DNA of 24,707 bases from NCBI GenBank assembly GCA_031431875.1, contig JANPEF010000120.1, forward strand, positions 1 to 24,707, read 5' to 3'. Shown here one piece after another: positions 1 to 8,232 of the stretch. The position numbers were made by a program, and so were the translations under genes. The notes under the pieces were generated by a model. That model had not been told where the DNA came from, did no database searches, and saw nothing but the letters and a program-made list of their open reading frames with translations. Origin of the DNA: Candidatus Eiseniibacteriota bacterium (GTDB lineage: Bacteria > Eisenbacteria > RBG-16-71-46 > DASYSL01). Numbering within the stretch: the stretch's first letter is position 1; each line of letters opens with the position of its first letter.

Positions 1-2285
1 CCCGGGTAGCGATCGAACACGTACAGCGCCTGCGTGCCCAGATTCTTGGAATCGAGCACCGCACCGATGTCCGACGGATCGCACATGGCGAACAGCGGCA
101 TCAATGTGACGACCAGGTTGCGCAGTCCCGACAGCGCCTCGCCGGGCGCGAAGCCGGCCGCCTTGACCGCGGCGCGTGCGGCCGCCGGCGGCGCCCACCA
201 CAGCGACGCGGTGTCGAGCGTCAGCCGCGGCAGGTCGAGCGCCTTGTAGCCGATCGAGTCGAGCGAGTAGAAGCGCACTTTTTTCATCCCGATCGTGGCC
301 CAGGAGACAACGGCCTCGCCGTAAGCGATGGTTGAACCGAGAGCCTCCCGCACTCGTGCTGCGCCGGGATCCCGCAGGAGAATGTTCGTATCAAGAACTG
401 GTTGGGTGTAGTAATCCACCTCGCGCGGCTCGCACACCGCCTGCTTCATCTCGAGGTCGAGCTTCTGCACGAAGTACGATCGTCCTTCATGGAGATAAAT
501 CGCCTCGGGATACACCAGCTCCGGCGCCGAGATCGCGTCGACCGTGCCGAGCACGAGATTGTCGCGCGTGCCGTCGACGATGGTGAACGTGTTGTCCGAG
601 ATCGTGCGCAGGTTGATGCGCCCCGCCGGGTAGTCGGTCGACGCCCAGAACCAGCGGCCGTCGAGTACCCGCACCTGGCCGTCATGCGCCAGCGCCTCGA
701 GCAGTTCCGCCGACTGCGGGCCGAACGCGGCTGCATCGTCGGCCGTGATCGGCAGTTCGTACGCGGCCGAGGCGAGCTGTCCGGCGAGCAGGTACGGGTT
801 GTGCGGATCGACCACGGCCGCTTCGGGCGATTGCTCGAAGAAATACTCGGGATGACGCATGAGGTACTGGTCGATCGGCTCGTTGTAGGCGACACAGATC
901 GCCAGCGCCGCGTCGTGGGTTCGCCCGGCGCGTCCCATCTGCTGCCACGTGCTCGCGATCGTCGGCGGGAATCCCACCACCAGCGCGGCGTCGAGCGAGC
1001 CCACGTCGATGCCCAGCTCGAGCGCGTTGGTCGAGATCACGCCCGCCAGCTCGCCGCTGAACAGCCGGCGCTCGATCGCGCGCCGCTCCTCAGGCAGGTA
1101 GCCGCTGCGATACGGCGCGATGCGCGCGGCAAGTCCGGGTGCCTTCGCCAGCAGCGTCTCGTGCGCGTAGCGGTACAGGATCTCGGCGGTGACGCGCGCC
1201 TTGGTGAACGCGATCACCGACGCACCGCGGCGCAAGAGGTCGGTGAACAGTCGCCCGGCGTCGGCATTGGCGCTGCGGCGCTCCATCTTTTCGCGATCGA
1301 GGAAGCGCGGGTTCCACAGCGCCACGGTCTTGGGCCCGCGCGGCGAACCGTCGTCGGTGATCGGCGTCACCGGTCCGCCGACCAGCGCCTCGGCCAGCTC
1401 GGTCGGGTTACGAATCGTCGCCGAGCAGCAGACGAACACGGGGTCGGCGCCGTAGTGCCGCGCGATGCGCCTGAGCCGCCGCAGCACCAGCGCCACGTTC
1501 GAGCCGAAGATGCCGCGATAGGTGTGGATCTCGTCGATCACGACGAGCTTGAGCCCGCGGAAGAACCGCGCCCACTTGGGGTGATACGGCAGGATCCCCG
1601 CGTGCAGCATGTCGGGGTTGGAGAGGATCACCGTCCCCTCCTGGCGCAGCTTGCGCCGCGCGGCGGTGCTGGTGTCGCCGTCATAGACGCCGGCGCGCAC
1701 CCGCCGGCGGGGGTCGCCGCCCGCATCGGCCGCTGCATCAAGAAGCCGCCCGAGAGATTTCAACTGATCCTGCGCCAGCGCCTTGGTCGGAAACAGGTAC
1801 AGCGCATGCGCGCTGGGATCGGCCAGCAGCGCCTCGACGGCCGGCAGGTTGTAGGCCAGCGTCTTGCCGCTCGCGGTGCCGGTGACGAGCACGATCGAGC
1901 GGCCCGCTCGCACGTGATCGATCGCCTGTGCCTGGTGCGTGTAGAGCTGCTCGATGCCCTGCGCGCGCAACGCGGCGACGAGCGCCGGTGGAAGGGGCGC
2001 AGCAGGCGAGGCATGGCGCGCCGCGCGCGCCGGCTGGCGATGGACGTGCACGAACTCGCCGCCGTAGTCGCGCGAGCGGCGCACCTCGTCGATCCACGCC
2101 TCGAAATCGGGACCCTCGCCGGGCAGCCGGCGCGCGCTCCCGCCGCCGGGCTTCGCGGAGCCGGGCCCGGCGGCGACCGGACCGGCCGCGACCAGTTCGC
2201 CCGCCGCCGGGTCCGTCGCCGCACGCTGCCGGTTCGTGGCCAGCGGGCGCAGGCCGAACAGCGGGATCTCGGGTCCGTCGATCAC
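1..2285 (-). CDS. MrfA/YprA/SftH-type SF2 DEAH-box helicase (DUF1998 family), 3' end outside the window
   Basis: Not in the ORF track because it has no stop in the window; translated by hand from GTG at 2285. Motifs: Q motif LYTHQ, Walker A GTASGKT, motif II VIDEIHTYRGIFGS, STNALELGIDVG, QQMGRAGR, and C-terminal DYYT...LFAMCDPSDIG...LYVFDRYPG typical of the region leading into DUF1998. Frame is consistent from 2285 to base 3. Confidence 0.93.
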   Translation of the reverse strand, partial: MIDGPEIPLFGLRPLATNRQRAATDPAAGELVAAGPVAAGPGSAKPGGGSARRLPGEGPDFEAWIDEVRRSRDYGGEFVHVHRQPARAARHASPAAPLPPALVAALRAQGIEQLYTHQAQAIDHVRAGRSIVLVTGTASGKTLAYNLPAVEALLADPSAHALYLFPTKALAQDQLKSLGRLLDAAADAGGDPRRRVRAGVYDGDTSTAARRKLRQEGTVILSNPDMLHAGILPYHPKWARFFRGLKLVVIDEIHTYRGIFGSNVALVLRRLRRIARHYGADPVFVCCSATIRNPTELAEALVGGPVTPITDDGSPRGPKTVALWNPRFLDREKMERRSANADAGRLFTDLLRRGASVIAFTKARVTAEILYRYAHETLLAKAPGLAARIAPYRSGYLPEERRAIERRLFSGELAGVISTNALELGIDVGSLDAALVVGFPPTIASTWQQMGRAGRTHDAALAICVAYNEPIDQYLMRHPEYFFEQSPEAAVVDPHNPYLLAGQLASAAYELPITADDAAAFGPQSAELLEALAHDGQVRVLDGRWFWASTDYPAGRINLRTISDNTFTIVDGTRDNLVLGTVDAISAPELVYPEAIYLHEGRSYFVQKLDLEMKQAVCEPREVDYYTQPVLDTNILLRDPGAARVREALGSTIAYGEAVVSWATIGMKKVRFYSLDSIGYKALDLPRLTLDTASLWWAPPAAARAAVKAAGFAPGEALSGLRNLVVTLMPLFAMCDPSDIGAVLDSKNLGTQALYVFDRYP

Positions 2286-2298
2286 ACGCGGAATCCCG

Positions 2299-3513
2299 CT
2301 ATTCGATCACGATGCGGGTGGGGCGCAGGTCGTCGACGACCCAGCGCTCACCCTGCGGCACGACCGTGATCTCGAGCGCGTCGGCGCCGCCGGTGCCGCC
2401 GCGCCGGTAGCGCTGCGTGACGTCGTAGGGATCGGTGCCGGGCGCGGCGCGCAACGGTCCGATCGGGCCGCGCTCGAGCCCGAGTTCGCGCACCTGCTCG
2501 AGCACTTCGGGGCCGCTCGCGTAGGGCAGCGCGCTCTCGGGGCCGCCGTCGCGCAGCGCGTGCATGAACGCGACGATCGCGGAGTACGGCGACGGCGCGG
2601 CCAGCTCCTCGCGCAGGACCCACGTGGCGCCCGCGTAGGCGTAGCGCTGGCGCTTCTCGATGGCCGGGCAGGTGGGACAGGCATCGAACAGCGGATCGCG
2701 CCCGCCCGAGCCGCGCAGGATGAGCGACGGCAGGAGTTCGTCCGCGCTTCCCGGAAGCACGGAGACGCTGTCGGCGACGACCGGGAGCACGCGGTTCGAC
2801 GTGACGCGCCACGGCGCAGTTCGTCCGCCCGCAGCGCCACGCTCGATGACGGCGACCTCGACCCCGTTCGAGCCGCGCGGTCGCGTCCACGCCGAGACCA
2901 GCCCGACCCCGCCCGGACGCGTGTAGGTCGTCAGCGCACCGATCCCCTCGGGCCCGAAGCGCGCGCGGTGCGGCGCACTCGGCGGCAACGCCTGCAGCAC
3001 GGGCTCGCCCTGCGGCGCGGCCGGATCGGGCCAGGCCCAGAACTCGGTCCCGGCATCGGCGGCGCCAGTCGGATCGCGGACCACGACCTGCCAAAGCGCG
3101 AACGGCCCGGTGGCGACGACGATGTCGGTGGCCAGGCCGATCGCCGTGAGCGAGGCGAGCAGGTCGGAAGGCGTGGGCATGCCGGCATTGCTACGCGAAG
3201 GCAGGCGCTCGGCATCGCGGCCCAGCGCCTCGTTGGCGTTCGCATCGAGCCGGTCGACCCATGCCCCCGCGAACGCGGCCCGCGCCAGCGCACCGGCCAC
3301 GCGCGCCTGCAGCGAGTCGCCGCTCGCCCAGCCCTCGCGCGCGCGCTGTGCCCACGTGGCGAGCGAGTCGACGTCGGTGGCGACGTCCTCGACGATCAGA
3401 TCCTCGTCCTTCGGCGGATCGATGCCGTTGGAATGACAGCCGGCGAAGCCGGCCAGGGCGACGAGCAACGCAGCCGGGCCGGCCGCTTCCGCGAGTCCAC
3501 GCCGACGTCTCAT
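2299..3513 (-). CDS. Hypothetical lipoprotein (404 aa) with a CxxC motif; paralog of the upstream gene
   Basis: C-terminal part of ORF 2299..4707. ATG at 3513 overlaps the upstream stop (ATGA). N-terminus MRRRRG, hydrophobic stretch, then LAGFAG-C lipobox. Contains DACPTCP. Confidence 0.8.
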   Translation of the reverse strand: MRRRRGLAEAAGPAALLVALAGFAGCHSNGIDPPKDEDLIVEDVATDVDSLATWAQRAREGWASGDSLQARVAGALARAAFAGAWVDRLDANANEALGRDAERLPSRSNAGMPTPSDLLASLTAIGLATDIVVATGPFALWQVVVRDPTGAADAGTEFWAWPDPAAPQGEPVLQALPPSAPHRARFGPEGIGALTTYTRPGGVGLVSAWTRPRGSNGVEVAVIERGAAGGRTAPWRVTSNRVLPVVADSVSVLPGSADELLPSLILRGSGGRDPLFDACPTCPAIEKRQRYAYAGATWVLREELAAPSPYSAIVAFMHALRDGGPESALPYASGPEVLEQVRELGLERGPIGPLRAAPGTDPYDVTQRYRRGGTGGADALEITVVPQGERWVVDDLRPTRIVIE

Positions 3514-4712
3514 CGCGCGCCTCCGGCGCCGGAAGGCGCAGGCGCCGGCTTCGCCGGCTTCAGATTTGCCGGGGCGTCGAGGCGCTCGATCAGCCAGCGC
3601 CCGTCGACGAACTTCATCTGCACGTCGATCATCTTGTCGCGGCGCGCGGCGGTGCCGTACTGGAAGCGCATGCGCTGGCGCCAGGGTCCGCCGGCGCCCT
3701 GCCCGAGCGTTTCCCACGACTCCGGCTCCTTGAACGTGCCGAGCTTGAGCGTGCGCGCCTTGGTCAGCACCGCCGGAGTGGTCACCAGCTCGCGGGCGAG
3801 AGTCGTCTGCGTCGTCTCCAGCGCGCGCAGGAACAGCACGAAGGTGGCGAAGGGCGACGGCAGCGTGCGCCGGTCGAGCACCACGAAGCCCGAGTCCGAG
3901 CGCTGCCAGATCCGCTCGGAGAGCAAGGGCGGCAGCTCGGGTCCCGGCCGGAAGCGTGCGTCGGGAGGCGACACGACCCAGGCGAGCAGTTCGGGTACAG
4001 CGTCGTCGTTCAGGTCCACGAAGCGCGCGTTGCCCCGTCCGCCCAGGTCCAGGTCGCGGCGCCCCGCTTGGACGATCCCCCAGAAGTCGGCCCGCGGCGA
4101 CATCCGCAGGAGCGTGAAGAAGGGTTCGCGCGTCTCGCCGGTGCGCCGGTGATCGATGAACCCGGCCTCGTACGGCGCCTCGGACTTGCCGGTCCACCAC
4201 ACCTCGAGCTGCATGCGTTTGCCCCCGGTCAGCAGCATGCGCTGATGACGCAGCTCGTCGCCGCGCCACCAGTACAGATAGGTGACCGCCGCGTAGCCGT
4301 CGAACGCAGGGTTGAAGAACGTCAGCGCGCAGAACTGGGGCAGCTCGGCGTCCTGCGCGAAGTCGGCCTTCACGCCGAGCGAGTCGAGAACGGTGAGCAC
4401 GCCGCGCGCGCCACGCATCGAGCGCGATCCGAGCGCGCCGAAGTACTTGCGGGCGACGTGATCGAAGTGATCGAACGCGGCGAGCTCGGTCGGGCCGACG
4501 GTATCGGACTTGGCGGGAGCGAGCAGCGCCAGGCCCTCGTCGGCCCACAGCTTGAGCGAGTCGACCGCGGGCGGACGCCAGGGCGTGGCCGGCACGGCGG
4601 TGCGCGGCTTCTCGTCGGCGGCGCGGATGGGTTCGGGCGCTGCGACGAGCGCGGCGCACGCCAGCAATGCGACCACGGCGGCCACGGGTGCGAGAACCCC
4701 GCGCCACGTCAG
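3510..4712 (-). CDS. Hypothetical exported protein (about 390-400 aa); start uncertain (CTG 4712 overlapping the DUF72 stop, or GTG 4685)
   Basis: ORF 3510..4913 has protein-like composition downstream of about 4712. Signal-peptide-like WRGVLAPVAAVVALLACAALVAAPEPIRA; FVDLNDDAVPEL resembles an FG-GAP/Ca-binding loop; C-terminus resembles that of the downstream lipoprotein. Confidence 0.8.
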   Translation of the reverse strand: MTWRGVLAPVAAVVALLACAALVAAPEPIRAADEKPRTAVPATPWRPPAVDSLKLWADEGLALLAPAKSDTVGPTELAAFDHFDHVARKYFGALGSRSMRGARGVLTVLDSLGVKADFAQDAELPQFCALTFFNPAFDGYAAVTYLYWWRGDELRHQRMLLTGGKRMQLEVWWTGKSEAPYEAGFIDHRRTGETREPFFTLLRMSPRADFWGIVQAGRRDLDLGGRGNARFVDLNDDAVPELLAWVVSPPDARFRPGPELPPLLSERIWQRSDSGFVVLDRRTLPSPFATFVLFLRALETTQTTLARELVTTPAVLTKARTLKLGTFKEPESWETLGQGAGGPWRQRMRFQYGTAARRDKMIDVQMKFVDGRWLIERLDAPANLKPAKPAPAPSGAGGAR

Positions 4713-5563
4713 CGCACCTCGCCCATGAAGTCGCGTTGCACCAGGTCGCGCATCAGCAGCGCGTTGCGCGCCGCCTGCCCGGCGTGACAGTTGTTGAAGA
4801 AGACATAGACCTGGCGCGAGCGCTCGGCCAGTTCGCGGATCTTCCGCACCCATTCCGTGAGCTCCGCTGGCGAGTAGTCGTAGTCGTAGCGATCGCCCCC
4901 ACCGCGGCCCCACCAGGTCTTTTCGTTGCGACCGTGGAAGCGCACGTAGGCGATCGAGCCGGTGAGCCGCGCGACGGGCGGAACGAGCCCGGGGAGCGGC
5001 GGTTCATCGACGGAACAATAGCCGATGCCCCGTTCGTCGAGATACCGAAACACCCGCTCGTCGAGCCACGCGGCGTGCCGGAACTCGACGAACAGCGGCC
5101 CCCGCGCCGACAGCCGCTCGTGGAGCAGGTCGAGCCGCCGCCGCCCGGCCAGGTCCGGCCGGAACGCCCACGGAAACTGGAGCAGGACTCCGCGGTGCTT
5201 TCCGGCGGCGACCAGCGGGGCGAGGCAGTCGTCGAACGCCCGCCAGGTCGCTTCGGTGGGCTCGGCGGTCTCGTGGGTCATGGATTTGTGCGCCTTGACC
5301 AGGAACTCGAAGGCATCGGGCGTCCGCTCGACCAGCCCGGCCATGATTCTCGCCGGGGGGATGCCGTAGTACGTCGAGTTGATCTCGACCGCGTGGAAGC
5401 GCGTGGCATAGAAGCCGAGCATGTCGGCCTTCCGCGTCCGTTCGGGATAGAAGTTGCCGACCCAGTCGTCGAACGAAAAGCCCGACGTGCCGAGCGTGAT
5501 GGTGCCGAGGGCGGGAGCGGCGGACATCGCGGGCGCGGAGCTGGTGGCCACGGCCGGACTCAC
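4709..5563 (-). CDS. DUF72 (YecE/YunF-like TIM-barrel) protein
   Basis: Family motifs GTSGFS..W.G.FYP, VEINSTYY, FLVKAH, LLQFP, VEFRH..W, YVRFHGRN, YDYDYS..EL, YVFFNN...A..NA. GTG start overlaps the dinB stop (GTGA). Confidence 0.93.
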   Translation of the reverse strand: MSPAVATSSAPAMSAAPALGTITLGTSGFSFDDWVGNFYPERTRKADMLGFYATRFHAVEINSTYYGIPPARIMAGLVERTPDAFEFLVKAHKSMTHETAEPTEATWRAFDDCLAPLVAAGKHRGVLLQFPWAFRPDLAGRRRLDLLHERLSARGPLFVEFRHAAWLDERVFRYLDERGIGYCSVDEPPLPGLVPPVARLTGSIAYVRFHGRNEKTWWGRGGGDRYDYDYSPAELTEWVRKIRELAERSRQVYVFFNNCHAGQAARNALLMRDLVQRDFMGEVR

Positions 5564-6780
5564 CGCAGCGCCCCGGCGCGCAGCACTGCCCGCTCGCCCC
5601 AGCGATCGCGCACCTGGTCGACGCCGCGCAGCAATCGGCGCGCCTTGCGATCGGCGATCAGCAGCCCCTCCTGCTCGACGCCACTCGCCCGCTCGAGCGC
5701 TCCGCAGGTCACGCCGATCAGCCGCACGGGCCTCGGCGCCAGGTTCTCGCGCAGGAGCTTGAGCGCGACGCGGTAGATCGTGCGGTCGTCGTCGACGTAC
5801 TCGGACAGCGCCCGCTGGCGGATCACGGTACTGAAATCGCTGTAGCGGATCTTCAGGACGACGATGCGCCCGCGGTAGTCCTCGCGCCGCATGCGCCGCG
5901 CCACCTGGTCGGCGAGCCGCAGCACCAGGCCCTCGAGCACGCTTGCCTCGCGCACGTCGGTGAGCAGCGTGAACTCGTGGCCCATCGACTTGGCATCGAC
6001 GCCCTCGTAATAGGGCACGACCGGGGTGGTGTCCTCGCCCCAGGCCGCGATCTTCATGCGCGGGCCATTGACGCCGAATGCAGCCGCCAACCGCGCCTCG
6101 GAGGCGTGTGCAAGATCGCCCACGCTGACCAGGCCCAGCCGTCCGAGCGCGGCGGCGGTCTGCTCACCAATTCCCCACAACGCGCCGACCGGCAGCGGCC
6201 ACCAGCGCCGGCGAAACGCGTCCTCGTCGAGATACGTGAGGCCGTGCGGCTTGACCACGCCCGCGGCCATCTTGGCGATCAGCTTGTTGGGCCCGATCCC
6301 GACCGAGGCGGAGAGCCCCAGCCGTTCGGCCACCCAACGCTGCACGGTGCGCCCCGCCTGCTCGGCCGCCGAGCGGCTGACGCCGTACGCGGTGCCGGAG
6401 AGGTCGAGGAACGCCTCGTCGATGCTGAACGGCTCGACCGCGGGCGTGATGCGCTTGTACAGCTCGAGCAGGTAGAGCGAGATCGAGCGGTACTTCTCGG
6501 GATCGCCCTCGACGAACACGCCGCCCGGGCACAGTCGGCGCGCCTCGCCCGTGGCCATGCCGGAGTGCACGCCGAATGCGCGCGCTTCGTACGACGCGGT
6601 GGCGACCGTGCCGCGGCGATCGGGATCGCCGCAGATGACGACCGGACGCCCCTTGAGGCGCGGGTTCGCCGCCTGTTCCACCGCGGCGAAGAACGCGTCC
6701 ATGTCGATGTGCAGGATCATGATGATTCCGCGCCTCGGGAGCGGGCGCCTGCCGGCGGCGGGTCCCCACCCGGATCGCAC
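5560..6780 (-). CDS. dinB: DNA polymerase IV (Y-family); start GTG 6780 or ATG 6720
   Basis: Intact catalytic motifs ILHIDMDAFFAAVEQ, ASYEARAFGV.SGM and SIDEAFLD; also GIGPNKLIAKMAA..KPHG, LWGIG, and little-finger domain KSMGHE...LKIRYSDF...VRLIGV. GAGG lies 5 nt upstream of GTG 6780. Confidence 0.96.
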   Translation of the reverse strand: MRSGWGPAAGRRPLPRRGIIMILHIDMDAFFAAVEQAANPRLKGRPVVICGDPDRRGTVATASYEARAFGVHSGMATGEARRLCPGGVFVEGDPEKYRSISLYLLELYKRITPAVEPFSIDEAFLDLSGTAYGVSRSAAEQAGRTVQRWVAERLGLSASVGIGPNKLIAKMAAGVVKPHGLTYLDEDAFRRRWWPLPVGALWGIGEQTAAALGRLGLVSVGDLAHASEARLAAAFGVNGPRMKIAAWGEDTTPVVPYYEGVDAKSMGHEFTLLTDVREASVLEGLVLRLADQVARRMRREDYRGRIVVLKIRYSDFSTVIRQRALSEYVDDDRTIYRVALKLLRENLAPRPVRLIGVTCGALERASGVEQEGLLIADRKARRLLRGVDQVRDRWGERAVLRAGALR

Positions 6781-6834
6781 AGCATCCTCGTACCGTCCGA
6801 CAGGACGGCCCGACTCCCGAAGTCGCGGAACTCC

Positions 6835-7308
6835 CTAGGCCGGCGTGATGTCGATGGCTTCGAGCCGCTCGACCAGCCGCGACAACTGTCGCGGGCTGAC
6901 CGTGGCCATCGCGTAGCGATCGTTCCACGCCATGTGGCCGCCCAGCGCAACCCGCAGGTCGGGGCAGGCACGCAGCAGGGCCAGTGCGCTGCGGCCCTTC
7001 AGTTCGCGCACCACCGACGCGGCGAGCTGCGACGGACGGAGGCTGACGACGAGTCGGATCTGCGTCGGCGTGATCGCCACCCCCTGGAGCTGGAGGCCGC
7101 GCTCGCGGCACAGGTCCTCGAGGATCGAGCGCAGTGCCTGCCCACGCTTGCCCGTGAGCACCGGCGCCTTGCCGCGCGTCGACCAGGTGAGCTGGTAGTG
7201 CAGGCGGGCGATGCAGACCGGCTGCCACGCCCCATCGGCGGGACGGCGATCGAGCGAACGCACGAGCGGGAACGACGGGGTCGGAAGGCTGAGCGCGAAC
7301 GTGGACAT
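6835..7308 (-). CDS. IS200/IS605 TnpA-like (Y1 HUH fold) protein, predicted catalytically inactive, 157 aa
   Basis: GAGGAG-6nt-ATG at 7308. The scaffold follows TnpA (LHYQLTWST...PVLTG...LRSILEDLCRERG...LVVSLRP...VVRELKGRSA...WNDRY..TVS). The DHVH motif reads TQIR and the Y-I-x-x-Q motif reads RLEAI. Confidence 0.85.
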   Translation of the reverse strand: MSTFALSLPTPSFPLVRSLDRRPADGAWQPVCIARLHYQLTWSTRGKAPVLTGKRGQALRSILEDLCRERGLQLQGVAITPTQIRLVVSLRPSQLAASVVRELKGRSALALLRACPDLRVALGGHMAWNDRYAMATVSPRQLSRLVERLEAIDITPA

Positions 7309-7351
7309 GATCGACTCCTCTCGGTGGCGCGGGGGCCACTGTGCTGCTGCG

Positions 7352-7365
7352 TGATCATTTGTGCA
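7352..7365. promoter_or_regulatory. Candidate second LexA box (TGATC-ATTT-GTGCA)
   Basis: One mismatch to TGCNC-N4-GTGCA; 43 bp upstream of the TnpA-like start; shares TGTGCAG with both sites at the lexA promoter. Confidence 0.55.
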
Positions 7366-7383
7366 GTCGCCGGTCATTTTGAA

Positions 7384-7433
7384 GGAGCGCCCGCAAGCGC
7401 TCCCGCGACACCCCGAACCTTACGGGCGGGGTG
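7384..7433. repeat. Two adjacent inverted repeats between lexA and the TnpA-like gene
   Basis: GGAGCGC-6-GCGCTCC (7384-7403) and CACCCCG-11-CGGGGTG (7409-7433; GTAA tetraloop on the minus strand). Confidence 0.6.
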
Positions 7434-7451
7434 GGACCGAATCGTTTTCAG

Positions 7452-8168
7452 CTAGGTGCGGCGCGATCCTCCGGGCGGACGGACGAGGCCGACGACCACG
7501 CCCAGCACGCGGAAATCATCGTCGGGGCCGACGTGACGGACTTCGAAATCGGGGTTCTCGGGCACCAGGTCGAAGCCCCGCGCGGTGCGCCGGAACGTCT
7601 TCACGGTGGCATCCTCGCCGAGCAGCGCGACCACGGCGTCGCCGTCGCGCGCATGCTCCTGCTGGTGCACGACGACGAGGTCGCCGGGCAGGATCCCGCG
7701 ATCGCGCATGCTCAGGCCCTGCACGCGCAGGGCGAAGAGATCGCTACCGTTGCCGAACAGGTCCTCGATCGCGAGGTCGCCCTCGTGGTCTTCCTGGGCC
7801 TCGATCGGCACGCCGGCCGCGATGCGACCGAGAATCCGGATGCCCCCGGAAGCGCGATCGGCGACGCGGTCGCCGTGCTCGACGCGGTCGCCGCGTTCCG
7901 AGCCGCGCGCGGCGAAGGGGCGCACGAACGTCGCGCGCTCGACACCGGTCGCATCGTTGGGCACGACCAGCACCTGCACGCCGCGCGACTTGCGATCCGT
8001 ACGGCGGATATAGCCCGCGTCCTCGAGCACGCGCAGGTGGTGGCGCACGCCATTCGTCGAGCTGATGCCGAACTCCTCGCCGATCTCGCGCATGGTCGGC
8101 GCCGAGCCCTGCTCCTGACTGCGCCGGAAGATGAAGCTGTGAATGGCGCGGGTCTTGTCGTTGATCAT
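7452..8168 (-). CDS. lexA: Transcriptional repressor LexA
   Basis: Winged HTH PTMREIGEEFGISSTNGVRHHLRVLEDAGYI, Ala-Gly cleavage site GRIAAGVP, catalytic Ser (VQGLSM) and Lys (ATVK), ENPDF. GAGGGGAG RBS. Confidence 0.97.
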   Translation of the reverse strand: MINDKTRAIHSFIFRRSQEQGSAPTMREIGEEFGISSTNGVRHHLRVLEDAGYIRRTDRKSRGVQVLVVPNDATGVERATFVRPFAARGSERGDRVEHGDRVADRASGGIRILGRIAAGVPIEAQEDHEGDLAIEDLFGNGSDLFALRVQGLSMRDRGILPGDLVVVHQQEHARDGDAVVALLGEDATVKTFRRTARGFDLVPENPDFEVRHVGPDDDFRVLGVVVGLVRPPGGSRRT

Positions 8169-8232
8169 GTCGGGCTCCCCTCGACGACGGCTGCAACGTG
8201 CGACGCGCGGTCTCGACCGCGAAGACGGGAGA

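Noticed and set aside
402..2369. 655-aa plus-strand ORF
   Set aside because: Antisense shadow of the helicase; Arg-rich with no motifs, typical of high-GC DNA.
3514..4707. N-terminal half of the 802-aa ORF 2299..4707
   Set aside because: Off-frame read-through over the upstream gene; the real start is the coupled ATG at 3513 with a lipoprotein signal.
5560..6780. ImuB-like inactive polymerase
   Set aside because: Catalytic DMD and SIDE motifs are intact, so this is an active DinB; there is no dnaE2 in the window.
6835..7451. Active IS200/IS605 element or tnpB/IscB system
   Set aside because: HUH and catalytic Tyr are missing, there is no tnpB/iscB, and no matching left/right end hairpins were found.
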